A DNA stretch of 64,000 bases, filler included, from Reticulomyxa filosa (taxonomy: Eukaryota > Protista > Foraminifera), in the NCBI GenBank assembly GCA_000512085.1. It is 25 parts of 25 records of this genome, joined end to end, with 100 filler letters (N's around TTAATTAATTAA, not from the genome) between each part and the next. Parts side by side here need not be neighbours in the genome. Positions count along the whole stretch, not along the records: positions 46,107 to 49,221 come from ASPP01037688.1; positions 49,322 to 50,908 come from ASPP01002745.1; positions 51,009 to 55,463 come from ASPP01023717.1; positions 55,564 to 57,011 come from ASPP01014362.1; positions 57,112 to 58,333 come from ASPP01011176.1; positions 58,434 to 62,900 come from ASPP01033198.1; 19 more parts are not named here. One strand, 5' to 3'. The first letter of the stretch is position 1. Each line of letters begins with the position of its first letter. The notes beneath the pieces are model-generated. The model was not told where the DNA came from and ran no database searches. It was given only the letters and a program-made list of their open reading frames with translations. Of this stretch, positions 46,703 to 59,820 are shown one piece after another. The position numbers and the translations under genes were made by a program.

Positions 46703-46898
46703 TGTACGGCAAGGCCCTATAAATATCTGAACGTTGAAGGAACCTGGGAGTCCCCAGTGGGCTAAAACTCCTCAACCAACTTCACTTACTCTTTTGCGTT
46801 GTTGTCTTCTTTGGTTGCGTTATTCATCTTTCTTTTATTTAATTTACTTTTGTTTTATCGAACATTGGTTTCTTGAGCAAAACCATTTTCGTATTACA
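46703..46898 (+). repeat. Repeat family B, copy 3
   Basis: TGTACGGCAAGGCCCTATAAAT...GAGTCCCCAGTGGGCTAAAAC...TTAATTTACT...TTCGTATTACA. Confidence 0.75.
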
Positions 46899-47143
46899 TT
46901 TAGTACACCTCTTCCAGCTGACGTCCCACAATGCTCAAAAATATTTGTAATAATAATAAGAAATTACCTCAATTTGTTCACTTTCAGTTTTGTTTTTTCA
47001 TCACTTTTGTAGCTTTTTTTATTTTTTATGCTAAGTTATTTCTATTTTCTAAAACATGTTCATTTGGTTTGAATTAAGCTTTTCGTTTCCTTTTTTCATT
47101 TGCACAAAAAAATTAGCACTTTTCTATTTTCTTTTTGTTGTTG

Positions 47144-47363
47144 TTTCATGGTTACGATGCAGGCACGATTATCAACTTTTTTTCAAAAATTTTGAAAATC
47201 AATAAAATATTCAAATTTTTCAAACAATTAGTAAGATTTAATAAAAAATCACAATTCGTAGATATTTTTTAAAAGATTAGATCTGAATGCTGTTTTTCAT
47301 GAAGAAAATTAATCATCTTTATAAGATGCCATTTTAGGTTTCAACTTTCTTTTGCATTCCACA
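47144..47363 (+). repeat. Repeat family A, copy 4 (internal deletion, eroded end)
   Basis: tttcatggttacg...cacgattatcaactttttt...ttcgtagatattttt...ccattttaggtttcaactttctttt. Confidence 0.75.
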
Positions 47364-49321
47364 TATTTAAAATTTTTGTTTTTGAATTCTCTTAGAAAAT
47401 TTTTTTGTAAGATTTTGTGTTAACAAGCTGTTTTGACTTTTAAAAGCGCGCATTAAAAGATACTACACAACACGTACGTATTGCAATTTTAACTCAATTA
47501 AAATTTCAACCAACAATAGCATAAACACTCTATTTATTAATTTGAAATTGAAAAAATAAAAAAAATTGAATAGTATTTTAAAAAAATTCATTTTGAAATA
47601 TCTTCTTCAGATTTTTCTTCATTCAGCTGCGAAGCATGATTTTTTTAACCTTTCAATTTCAAATATCATTAAGCAAGAACTTGCGCAATTATTGCAAATT
47701 ACACACAAAAGAAAAAACGTTCAGCATTGATGCCTAGTTTTTTCTTGCTTGGTCTCGGGTTCTTGGTTGCTATTGGCCTCGGAAGGGACAACCACTAAGA
47801 TTTTTTATTTCAAGGGGCTTTGATTTTTTTTGGTAAGTTTTGCCACTATAGAACAATGTGAATCAATTTCAGCTCGCAATTTTTTTGATTGTTGTTCTGT
47901 AGAGCTTGCCTTTTACTTAAAAAGTAAACAAAAAATATAGACTATAATCATTTTCAACTTGACTGAAAAAGATATTTTGGATTTCTTTGGAATTTTCTAT
48001 TGAAAATTATTATTAAGAATTTGATATTTATAAAAGTATTTGATATAATTAAATACTTGGTGATTAAGGCACGATCAGACAGGACGCAAAAAACCTATTT
48101 ACAGAATAGAAACGTCACTTGCAAAAATTTTTGTTCGAATTTTGTGAACTGAAAAATGTCATCATTACCAAGCAAAGCAAATAACAAAAGGAACAATAAT
48201 TTGAAGGATCCAAAGTCGATTGGCGAGCAGTCTGGTGATTCAATATCGTTATTGCAGATATCACAAACCAAATTAACAGTGTTGGACAATCATATTATCA
48301 TAGCAGATCAAAAGCACCATATTTGAATATCGACGATGAAATAATAATTGACAATGCAAGCAAAAGAAGGCAATTAGTGGAAATCAAACCACAATATCGT
48401 AATTCACTAAAGCTTTCAAGGCCACAAGATGATGATTGTGAAAATGAATATGAAAGAACAAACAAAAAACAAAAAACAAAAAACAAAAAATAAAAAATAA
48501 AAATATTATAAAAAGAACAGTTAAATCAAGAAAGAATTGAACGATAAAAACATTTGGAAGAAAAATAAGAAGATACGCAAAAATTACTTCTGCAGAACAA
48601 GTTTTATTTAGTTTTCACACATGTAAATGGAAGAGAATTGGTATATCAAAAGTCAATACTAAAATTAATTGGTAAATTGATTCAATCCACATAAAAAGAA
48701 AATAAGTCAGATCGAAAAAAAAATATATAAAGTGCAGAACTAAAATAAATTACAAGAAATATATTGACATAGTATCAACTAGTGAAAACGAAGGCGAAAT
48801 CAAGGAGACATTGGGAAATTATAGATATCAAATTAAACGATCCCATAAAATGTCAATAGTTAAAGTGCTACTATCAAAGACTGAAGATGTTGTCAAGATA
48901 TTGAAAGACAATGATATTTAGATTAAGCAAGAGATGAATAAGGAATCTTAAACAATTCCAATTAAATTAAATGCGCAGCAAGCAAAGGATTATTCTTATA
49001 CTGATACTGCCAAACGATAAAGATTAAATGGAAATGAAAATAAGAATGGAAATCAAAGAAGAGGACTAATAGAAAGAATAAAATAAAAAATAACAATGAC
49101 CAAATGTACAATAGGAAATCTGATGAAATCTCATCGCTAAGACTTAGGCAAAGCCCCATTCAAGAAGGATTCAGATCAAAGGACATCGATTATAATTTCC
49201 AGTATCTTTATGTTCATCACTNNNNNNNNNNNNNNNNNNNNNNNNNNNNNNNNNNNNNNNNNNNNTTAATTAATTAANNNNNNNNNNNNNNNNNNNNNNN
49301 NNNNNNNNNNNNNNNNNNNNN

Positions 49322-49358
<37 letters not shown>

Positions 49359-49373
49359 ACTTTTTGAGCCCAG

Positions 49374-49753
49374 GGTTATATTCGTGACAATTGGAATAAA
49401 TTTGATTTCACCATTTCCGTTGTAGGTGTGATTGGCCTGGCGAGTGGCTCCTCATTTCGCCTGAGCGTGTTTCGACTGTTTCGAATTGGTCGACTGCTAC
49501 GCTTGGTTCATCAAGCGCAAACTCTAAAAATTTTGTTCTATACGTTAATTGAATCTGCGCCCTCTTTGTGGAACGTCGGGTTATTACTCGTTGTCATTTT
49601 CTTTATTTATGCCATCATCGGAATGAACTTGTTTGGTCTTGCCAATATTGACCCCTCTGTCCGTCGTCAAGTTTAGTATAGCATTATGCATATATGATAC
49701 ATGATATAATTGTGAATCGGTTTCTCTTGTTGCTTTTCAATTCTCTTAAAATG

Positions 49754-49794
<41 letters not shown>

Positions 49795-50908
49795 CAATAT
49801 AAACATAGGCAAATTTCGACACGTTTGTAAATAGCTATGCATTATTATATCGAGTCGCAACTCAGGATGACTGGGATGTAGTTTATGCTGCATACTTGAA
49901 TGCCTATCGGGGCAAATCGCGATTGTTCACCGTATACTTGTTTTTCATTTCGTTTTTCATTTTTGGAACGGCAGTGCTTATCAATTTGTTTATTGCAGTG
50001 GTGCTGGAGTCCTTCCGAGAAAACAAAGAGGCATTTTCGCGAGACGAAAAGTTGGAGCCGATCAAAGTCTGGAGAAACCTTTGGGTTTGGTTTGAGCCCG
50101 AAGCCAAAGGAAAGTTGAATGTGGAAATCTTTTTGACATTGTTACGGCTGTCCCCAAACCCGGTTGGATTCAACGACGACAACCCGTTTGAAAATCTCAT
50201 GTTCGCGACGCAGCAGTTGAAAAAGTTGAAACATAAAAAAAGTATCCAAGGCAAATCCGCAAAGTCTTTGCCAGGATTCGAAAACAATAAAGCACCCTCA
50301 CCTGTCAATTCGCCGCCGCCCGAAGATGATGGAGCCGGTGAGCGCTTTGGCAAACGAAGAAGCAATTCTTTTATTCTGTCGAGAAAACTGTTGGCCATGA
50401 TTCCAATGACAGGTTTCTCGGTTTTTTGCTACAAATATATACATGTATATATATATGATATATTGCAAAAAACATTGTCACAGATCGCCAAAAACGAATG
50501 AAAGAGTTAGAAAAAAAAGTATCGCACAAAGATATGCTATTGAGGCTACGACGCTTGAAGCTTATGGTGCATCGGAAAAAAGCAATGACGGCGACTTATC
50601 TGACGAGTGCGTATGGTATGTGAAATCAACGAGGCGCTGATTTGCTTGTGTGCGGTTGTAATCGGGCCCGAATTGCATCGAGAAAACGACGCTTCCACTC
50701 CGGATATGATGAGAATTGAGCGATGGTATGCAGAAACCTATGGCTGCCAACATATTTTGGAAAAGATTATCCAAGCCCAACAATACAAAGGCAAGCCACG
50801 TTTATCTCCTCACAGTCCCATTAATGATAATAATAATAATAATAACAGCAGCAATAATAATAGTAACAATAACAATGGCAATAATAATAACAATAATAAC
50901 AATAATAA
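49374..50908 (+). CDS. Voltage-gated Ca2+/Na+ channel alpha subunit, last repeat plus EF-hand-like C-terminus
   Basis: WNKFDF, S4 FRLFRIGRLLRLVH, IYAIIGMNLFG, ANFDTF, pore RVATQDDWD, S6 LINLFIAVVLESF, LWVWFEPEAKGKL. Confidence 0.92.
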
Positions 50909-51038
50909 NNNNNNNNNNNNNNNNNNNNNNNNNNNNNNNNNNNNNNNNNNNNTTAATTAATTAANNNNNNNNNNNNNNNNNNNNNNNNNNNNNNNNNNNN
51001 NNNNNNNNTATATATGTTTATATATGTTTATATAATAC

Positions 51039-52480
51039 CTTGAGGACACGCTTGCAAAACTTTTTCACATATTTCTCGACTCATGAAGAAATCAAGCTGA
51101 ACAGTTTGAAGTGGAGGCTCTGAATTTTTGAAGGAAGTGACTCCACTTGGCTTATCTTTGGAGAGAGACCGATTGGACGCACTTCTTTCCTCGTCTTCGC
51201 TCTCACTTTTGTTGTCATCTTCTTGTTGGTGACTATTGCTTCTCGTCCTTGAAGAAGGGATTTCGTTCCAGGTGCCAGGTTCGACCTCGTTTGGAAGAGA
51301 AGCAGATTTGGATTTTTCGTGATATTCATCCAAGTTGTGTTCTTCGCTGTTCAAAATATGGAGTTCCTGACTATTTCGCTTTTTGGTGTTTGGCTCCGAC
51401 TCGCTCAATCTGGCAGGGATGTGAACAATGGCCTGATCACTATAGCTCGCGTTTCGAATTATGGAAGGGGTGGCACACCAGGGTTCAGCTCCGGTCTTGT
51501 TATGTTCGGTGGATGATGTCTCATGAACGCCAGGAACGGTGATTGACAAGGCAAGGTTATGGTCATTATGCTCCGTGCTTGCATCCTTCTCCGACGACAC
51601 AATGGTGGCATTGCCTATATCGCGATGAGATGTCGGATTCAAAGAGGCCTTCTTTTGACTACGTCGAGCAAGGGCACGCTGGTCGATGCCATCCCATAAA
51701 TGTCTCAACTCGTACATCAAATGGCAGCAGCTGATAAACCAATTCCAAAACGAAGAAAACTTGCACAAGTCAATGTACAACTCGTCGCTGTCGCACTTCT
51801 CCACGTCATAACTGTTTTGCTCTTCTTTGTCAAGTGCATGCTTCATAAATATGTACTGCAAGTCTTTGTGCGCGGGAAGCCGCTGGCAGCGAGCACGTGT
51901 TTCGAACTGTTCGCACAGCTCGGCATACATTGCATTGTAATACAGCTTCGTCACGTCAAACCGATTGCAACACTTTCATTTTGGTTTTCGATTTGAAGAG
52001 GGGACGACCACAACAACAACAAAAAAACAATACACACACACACACATACATACATACACATACACAAAGTGCTTTCTTTAATGAATTTTATGGAGTGTTT
52101 TTTGATATAATAACTTTGAACCAAGCAAGCATAGCCAATTCGTCATTGTGCAACACTATATACATATATACATATATTTATATACTTTTTTGATTTGTTT
52201 GTTATTCGTAGTTAGTTACACAAACAAATACATATAAACATACACATACATACATACACACATAGGAGTCCTTGTTTATTTGTTTATTTCTTATTTGTTT
52301 GTTTGTTTGTTTGTTTGTTTTTTTACATACCTCTTTCTACCTGTTTTCTTTCTTCTACAGTGTATTTGTTAGCCGCTGCAGCGATTGCGCGCGCACGACG
52401 GCTTGCTTTCTTATGGCTTACACAATTCGCATTTCTTTTGGCCTCCGATTCAGAAGCTCTCAATAGTGGATACGATTTTT
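51039..52480 (-). CDS. STAT-type linker plus start of SH2 domain, internal exons
   Basis: AMLAWFK...QRLPAHKDLQYI...FSSFWNWFISCCHLMYELRHLWDG [long insert] LDFFMSREICEKVLQACPQG|GT donor. Confidence 0.6.
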
Positions 52481-53050
52481 GTTGTTGCTTTTTTTTTTTG
52501 TTTTGGTATCGAAAGTGAGGTCCATTGTTATTATTATTATTTTTTTTTTAAAAAAAAAAAAACAAATAGATAGATGCGAATGTGTACGTATATACGTATA
52601 TTTTGGTAAAATAATATACATGTACATATTAATACTGCAATAAAGTGTGTGACACAAATTACACAAGAGAAGAAAACATACAGGGACGAGAGGCTCTGAA
52701 GATCGCGATTTAAATGGTGCATTTCGAGCTTTATTTTTGTCTAAGTTCAGAGGTGGCAAAAGCTAAGACATAAAAAAAAAAAAAAGGTGGGATGTTTGCC
52801 CTCCCCTCTTGTGGAAACAAGTAGTTTTGAAAATAGCAAAAAAAGTGCAAACTGTTTCTTCGGTAGATTGAAACGGAGGTACTGACTCAACAAGACTGCA
52901 ATCAGTTTCTTGTGTGAACGAAGTCGTCACAGATGTTTGTTCTGTCACAATGTTGTTTGTATGCATTTACCCCTTTGTTTTGTTAAAGTTTGTAGTGGAA
53001 AGGAATGAAGGAAGAAAGTAGACAAGATAAGTAACTCTGTGCAAGTGATC

Positions 53051-54318
53051 GCGGAGAAGAGAGTACTTTGGGATGATTTCGATAAGCGGTATATTGCGAT
53101 GGTCGCAAGTACTCATCGTCGTTGCGATAAATGATGGATGGAATATGCTGCAAGGAGACATCCGATTCATTGTCATTCTTGCTTTCGATCATTGTGTTGC
53201 TGTTGCCATTCCCTCTTTGTTTGAACAGCGCATCCGTATATCCTTGTTTGTGTTTGTATTCCACACAACTGCTTTTTTTTTTTTTTTTTTTTTTTGCAAC
53301 AGTTTCAGAGTACATATGTATAAATAAATAAATAAATATATTGGTATATATGTATATGTACATATATACATATATATTTATTTATATGTATACGTTCTGA
53401 ATACGTACACACATACACACACATACATATAAACAAACCTTTGTCAGTACTTTGCAACTGACTGTGACGAGGATGAGTGTTATGAAGATGGTCATTATGA
53501 TCATTGACATACATGCTGTAATTGTACATAGGATAACCACTTACTGTCCTTGCATTGTGGTCAAAGGCTTGGCCATGAACACGACGATCCAAATGAACTG
53601 GCATCTTCTCTTCGGTGACAATTAAAGGAGTGGCCTCGTTAAGAGGTATGGATTGCTGCGTATAACTGTGCTCGTCCATCGACGGAACGAGCATCGAATT
53701 GGTACTTGTTACCAATAGCAATGGATTATGTCCGCTGCTGCCACTATTGACATTTGCATTCATATTCATATTCATATTCATATTCATATTCATATTCATA
53801 TTCATGTTCATGTTCATATTCATGATCGCGTTTGTATTCACACTCACGTTCGGATTCACAGTCGCATAGCCACTCAGACTATGTCGCGACGACTGTGTTG
53901 GAGAAGAGTGATAGACCATTGTCCTTGAATTTAGTAACGCATTCAAGTTTGGAGCGGATGACGATTGGTTCATCGTATTGCCATTGCCGTTATTTGTGGG
54001 GTTGTACTGCGGATAATCATTTGGACTGAGAGTGTTGTGGTTATTCACAGGGGACACTGACCCATTACGGATGCTAAGCATCTCGTTTGGGATGAGAGTC
54101 CCATTCATATTGTTTCTCGGGCTTGACATGGCCGACACTGACAGTCCATTCAAAAAGTTGTTGTGATTATTGTGACCGTTGGGTGATACCGAACGCGACG
54201 CTGAGGGAGAGGCCGAGGCCGAACGCTTTGAAAGAAACGACGGTTCTTGCTTTTTAGTTCCACCATGGTCCACTGAAATTGGTGACAATTGGGGAGACTT
54301 ATCAGCTGATACTGACAT
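53051..54318 (-). CDS. Low-complexity N/S-rich 5' exons with (MN)n repeat; may be the 5' part of the SH2 gene
   Basis: ORF 53305-54399 with probable ATG at 54318 and donor near 53438; linkage to downstream exons not resolved. Confidence 0.5.
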
Positions 54319-54930
54319 TCCCGTTTTACTTTGGCTAATATACAAGCTCTGAATATAAAATCGCAACAAGAAAAAAACAAAACAAAAAGGACGTAGCACA
54401 GGAAATGATTACACGTCAATCAATATCACGAGTCTGAAGCAAGAAATTTAGTAATATGCATAAATTTACTTTCAAGCTGTGAAGATTAAAATGAGGATAA
54501 ATCAAATCTGACATTACTTTTGGTTTTTTTTTTTTTTTTGGTGGTTGTTAAAAAAAAAAAATAAATAACAACATTGCCACAAAGATCATTCCTTGTGTCT
54601 TTGATTTTCTTTGAAATAAGCATTGGGATGAGAGAAAGGGGAGGGGTGAGAAAAAAAAAATAAACAAAGGAAAAAGAAACGAACAGAACAATGAATGGAA
54701 GTACCACATCCCCAAAGTCCTAATTGTTCTGCAGCACTACAATTATTGATCGAGAGAAAAAAAGAAAACAACAATACACAAGTTCTTGATAACACCAAAC
54801 AAAAGAACGAACAAACAAAAACAGAACAAAAGAAATTCAACTGCACACCAAAAAGGAAGCAAACAGCTATGAATCATCCACACACGATGGGAAAAAAGGG
54901 GGAGAAAAACATAGAGGAATATGACTACAA

Positions 54931-55412
54931 TCATTTCGCGAGCAACTCCCTGTAGACGTCTGCAATATAAGTGTCAACATAAATGGGTGAGTAACCCGAG
55001 TATCTGGCCAAATTGATGACACATTGTTTCATATCATTTGGATCTCCTTTTTCGAACACTTCAGCATTTGACGGATCAATTAATATCCACTCTTCCAACC
55101 ATCGTATGAGTTTATCTAATACTTTTTGATCGGCTTTGATAGTGGCAAACTGCACAAGAGACATTTGCTTTTCGTTATTTTTTTTTTCTTCAGCCGGTGG
55201 AACCGAAGAAAACACAGGCCCCCACTTTGTCGTCACCAAAGCGTGCTGCAACAAGTCAAAGGCGTTTGGTCGCCGCGTTTCGTCTTGTGTCAAGCACACT
55301 TCCAAAAACGAGAGCAACTCGGAGGGTGCGGAAGGTTCCAGGAACTCTTCTAAGTTTATGCCATTTTCGACAATTTTGAACAAATCCAGTTGTTCTGCAG
55401 GCAGCAATTCCT
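54931..55412 (-). CDS. Protein kinase (STE-like) C-lobe end and tail
   Basis: LFKIVEN...SELLSFLEVCLTQDETRRPNAFDLLQHALV corresponds to subdomains X-XI. Confidence 0.7.
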
Positions 55413-55425
55413 CTATTTGTTTTTA

Positions 55426-55463
<38 letters not shown>

Positions 55464-55563
55464 NNNNNNNNNNNNNNNNNNNNNNNNNNNNNNNNNNNNN
55501 NNNNNNNTTAATTAATTAANNNNNNNNNNNNNNNNNNNNNNNNNNNNNNNNNNNNNNNNNNNN

Positions 55564-56990
55564 ATATCTTTTTGGGGTATTGGCTATGGCGGCGGAAGAT
55601 GTTAGTGGTGGACAGTTTGGTTTTCCCGGCAAAAAAAAAGCTAATGGATCTTTGTTGATGGAGGACAGCGGAATGATTTTGTGCATGTTTGTTGGCCTCC
55701 ATCATGGAGCTGGCTTGGCGTTGAGTGGTGTCAGGGGAGGGTGTGGAGCGCAAGGAGGGTTTATCTTGCAGCCCCAAGCTATTGTCGTCTTTACGTATAG
55801 GAGCGTCATGTACGATTTTGTGACCATCTACAGTTTCATCGGATCCCTCAATCATTGTCGCAGCACTGGCATTCGTCGCCGTCATGGTCATCATCGTCAT
55901 TCCAATGGTGACATTCTGATCGGGGTCCAGTTTGTTCGTCTCAGGCGCGGCTATCATGGTCGTGGTAGGGACAGATATATCTGATGCAATATCGATAAGA
56001 ACGGATCTTTCACCTTGCGGAGGGAACGCAGCTGGTTTGATGAAAATGATGGCAGCAGGAACAGGAGAATGATTTGTGATCATTTTGTCTTTATCTTTAT
56101 TCTTATCTTTGTCTTTGGAATGCTCATTCGATCTTTTGTTTGAAAGCAAAAGGAGCTCATTATTGGCTTGGCCTACATTCATTCCATCCTCTTGACGAAC
56201 TGCAGTCGCAAGAGATTGCTTGCCCTCCCACACATCTGGAGTGCCCTCGCTCGCAATAAAAGGGTACCCCTTTTTTTGACCGTGGTTACTGCCGGGCATG
56301 ATCAACTCGTCCGGAATCGGACTTGTTTGCATGCTCACAGGCTGCGAGGGACCCAGTTCATGGTTTGGGATGGAGGACCCTTTTTTGAAGTCCAAATGAA
56401 AGTCGGGTTGCGACATTGACAACGCGTCCGATTTCGCTTTGATCATCGGAGTGATCCCAATCAAATTCGGACTCATGTGCATCGCACTTATTCGCTTCTC
56501 TTCCTCTGGCTTCGACCACACCGGCGCCACCGATGGCTCCGCGATTTCGCGCTCCACTTCCAACTCCACCCCGTAGTGCCGAGCGATCTTCACATATACG
56601 TCACTGCACTTGAGTCGCTGCTCTGATCCTATGTTCACTTGCGACTGCGCCGGAGATGCATAGCGTCCGTCGTCAATGTACTTTTCAAACAATGCCAAAT
56701 ACCGAATCCCTACCAAAGGATGGCATTTTATCAGCAATGAAAGGGGTAACCCTTCGGGCAGTTCTGGCAAATCGGTTTTCGTCAATACATGTGGACTTTG
56801 AGAATGCACGTATACGCATGCACATGTACAATACATGTATTATATAAACATATATTACATACACATATACATGTATATGTGTATAGATGCATATAATGTA
56901 ATTTAAAGTTTACTAACTAGACAGCACAAATATTATGCTTCAATTGATAACATTCAACTAAATACAATAAGTTTTCAGAGGAGCTTTCTC
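55564..56990 (-). CDS. RGS-domain protein with long disordered insert or tail, fragment
   Basis: Upstream exon ESSSENLLYLVECYQLK and downstream YLALFEKYIDD...SQVNIGSEQR are RGS signatures. Confidence 0.7.
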
Positions 56991-57111
56991 TGTGTGTGTG
57001 TGTGTTGTGTGNNNNNNNNNNNNNNNNNNNNNNNNNNNNNNNNNNNNNNNNNNNNTTAATTAATTAANNNNNNNNNNNNNNNNNNNNNNNNNNNNNNNNN
57101 NNNNNNNNNNN

Positions 57112-58333
57112 TACAGCGCGGCAACCCGGAAATCGAACGCCGTTGCCAGGAAGTGATCGACCGCTGCTGGCAGCGCGGTGCGGCCAACCCCATCGTGTCC
57201 ATTCACGACGTGGGCGCTGGCGGCCTGTCCAACGCCTTTCCGGAGCTGGTAAACGACGCCGGCCGTGGCGCCATCTTCCACCTGCGCAAAGTGCATCTGG
57301 AAGAAAAAAGGCATGACCCCGATGCAGATCTGGTCCAACGAATCGCAAGAGCGTTACGTGATGGCCGTGATGCCGGAAGACCTGGCTACCTTTACCGAGA
57401 TCTGCGAGCGCGAGCGTTGCCCGTTTGCGGTGATGGGCGTGGCCACCGATGATGGCCACCTGCAAGTCCGCGATGACTACTTCGATAACAATCCGGTCGA
57501 CATGCCGCTGGAAGTGCTGCTGGGCAAACCGCCGCGCATGACCCGCGACGTGAAAACCGTGCCGGTGACTACCGACGCGCTGAACGCCGCGCAGTACGAC
57601 CTGAAAGAATCGGCGTACCGCGTACTGCGTAACCGACCGTGGCCGACAAGAGCTTCCTGATCACCATTGGCGATCGTACCGTGGGCGGCATGACCGCACG
57701 CGATCAGATGGTAGGCCCGTGGCAGGTGCCGGTAGCCGACGTAGCTGTGACCGCGATGGGCTTCAACACCACGCTGGGCGAAGCGATGTCTATGGGCGAG
57801 CGCACCCCGGTAGCCCTGTTTGACGCGCCGGCAGCTGGCCGCGTGTCGGTAGGCGAATCGCTGCTGAACCTGGCTGCGGCCAACGTGGGCGAGCTGGGCA
57901 ATGTGAAGCTGTCTGCCAACTGGATGGCGGCCGCCGGCCATGCTGGCGAAGACGCCAAGCTGTACGCTACCGTCAAAGCCATTTCCGACCTGTGCGTGGC
58001 CATCGATGTGAGCATTCCGGTGGGCAAGGACTCGCTGTCGATGAAGACAGTGTGGGAGGAAGCTGGCGAGAAGAAAGCGGTCACTGCGCCGCTGTCGCTG
58101 ATCATTTCCGCGTTCGCCCCGGTGGCTGACGTACGCAAGACCGTCACCCCGCAACTGCGCGCTGCCGACAGCGCACTGCTGTTGCTGGACCTGGGCGAAG
58201 GTAAGAACCGCCTGGGCGGCTCCATCTTTGGTCAGGTGTGGAACGACATGAACGGCCAGGCGCCGGACGTGGATAGCGCCGACAAACTGTCGTCTGCCTT
58301 ACCGTGATCCAGTCGCTGGTGGACGACGGCAAG
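57112..58333 (+). CDS. purL: Bacterial phosphoribosylformylglycinamidine synthase, internal fragment with three frameshifts
   Basis: [83 protein letters not shown]; GC above 60 percent, no introns. Confidence 0.96.
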
Positions 58334-59820
58334 NNNNNNNNNNNNNNNNNNNNNNNNNNNNNNNNNNNNNNNNNNNNTTAATTAATTAANNNNNNNNNNN
58401 NNNNNNNNNNNNNNNNNNNNNNNNNNNNNNNNNAGCCCTTAGTTTTCCCCTTTTTTTTTAGTGCCGAAAACTTTATTTACTTGTTCTTGTACATTTTAGT
58501 TGTACTTTACCTTTGGCATCAATATCTAATTTTCACTTTGCTCAAAATTTTTGACATTCTAGTACTGCACCATGTTGGCAAGTTTTAGTTTTTTGCTTCA
58601 ACATGCCAATGAAAATAGAAAAATTTTATCTTTATAGCACAAAACTTGATTATTGCACTTTTAGTTTATACTTTTCAAATTTGAAACAATTATTACAATA
58701 TTTGCAATCGTGTGGAACGCCATATTTTTCAACTATTACCTTTAATATGTTTATTTTTTTCAGATGACATTCGCATTCAATTCTGTTCTTCCTGCTCAGA
58801 AGATTTATCTTTTATTTGTGGATGTTATATCTTAATTTTCACAGTATCATTCAATGGCATTTAGGAACAATATTTCCAGAACATTTGCAAATGCCATCTT
58901 CTATTCATAGCACTGAGAAATGCATTAATACATTTTCTGCATCGACATGTCCCAATCTGCTTTTCAATGATTCAACAGAATTTGATGGTCCAACAATGTT
59001 TATTTGTTACTTGTTTAAATATTAATTGCCAAATAAAATAAGATAGCGAAATATGAAGTGGCATACAAAAAAAAAGGATAGTATGTGATCCGCTATGAAT
59101 GATCTATTGTTGTCCATTGCAATTGCGCAATGAGCTCAACAATTCTTTGGGCATTTCTCCTAATCTGATTAATGCTATTGCAAACATTGAACTTGCATTT
59201 GTGACATATTCAATTACCATTTTTTCAGATAACTAATTTTTGATAGAACAATCAAATGATTTAAACAAAGCATATCCGGACTTGAATATCAGAACCAAAC
59301 AGATCACATTGATAAATTATGAAAAAGGAAACATTGTCGTTGGATTCATTTGTCATTTATTTAATTGTTTACAGTCAACTATTTTGTTGACTTCATGTGT
59401 TTTGGTTACGTTGCACTTCGCCTTTCCAGCAAAAAAATACCTTGTAATAATGACATATCATTCTCAATAATTCTGCAACACAAGTCAAACGCTGGTCTAT
59501 CTTGAGTATTCATTCTCTTCATGTCTAAGATGCATTTGATCCCCTTTTTTTTGCTTAAACAAATGAAAGGTGTTGATTTACTGTTCGTTTCTCAACCCTA
59601 GACAGACACCATTCGAGATTTCAATACTTTTTTTTATAAGTAAGGAATAATTTTTTAAATTTCATTCGCTAAATTAGACTCTTAAAAATTTTAGAATTTG
59701 TGACAGTGAGGAAACGAACAAAGTTTATTTCTTTCCTTTTTTGTTGTAAAAAATTCTTTTGTGTTTCTGTGAAAAAAACTGGTTTTGAAAAGGTATTGAA
59801 TCTCTGTTTCAAAAAAATAA

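Noticed and set aside
57064-58332. Long minus-strand ORFs over purL
   Set aside because: Shadow ORFs typical of high-GC coding DNA.
58700-59540. Possible degenerate HEAT-repeat gene on the minus strand
   Set aside because: Only scattered coding-like fragments with many stops; no motif I can support.
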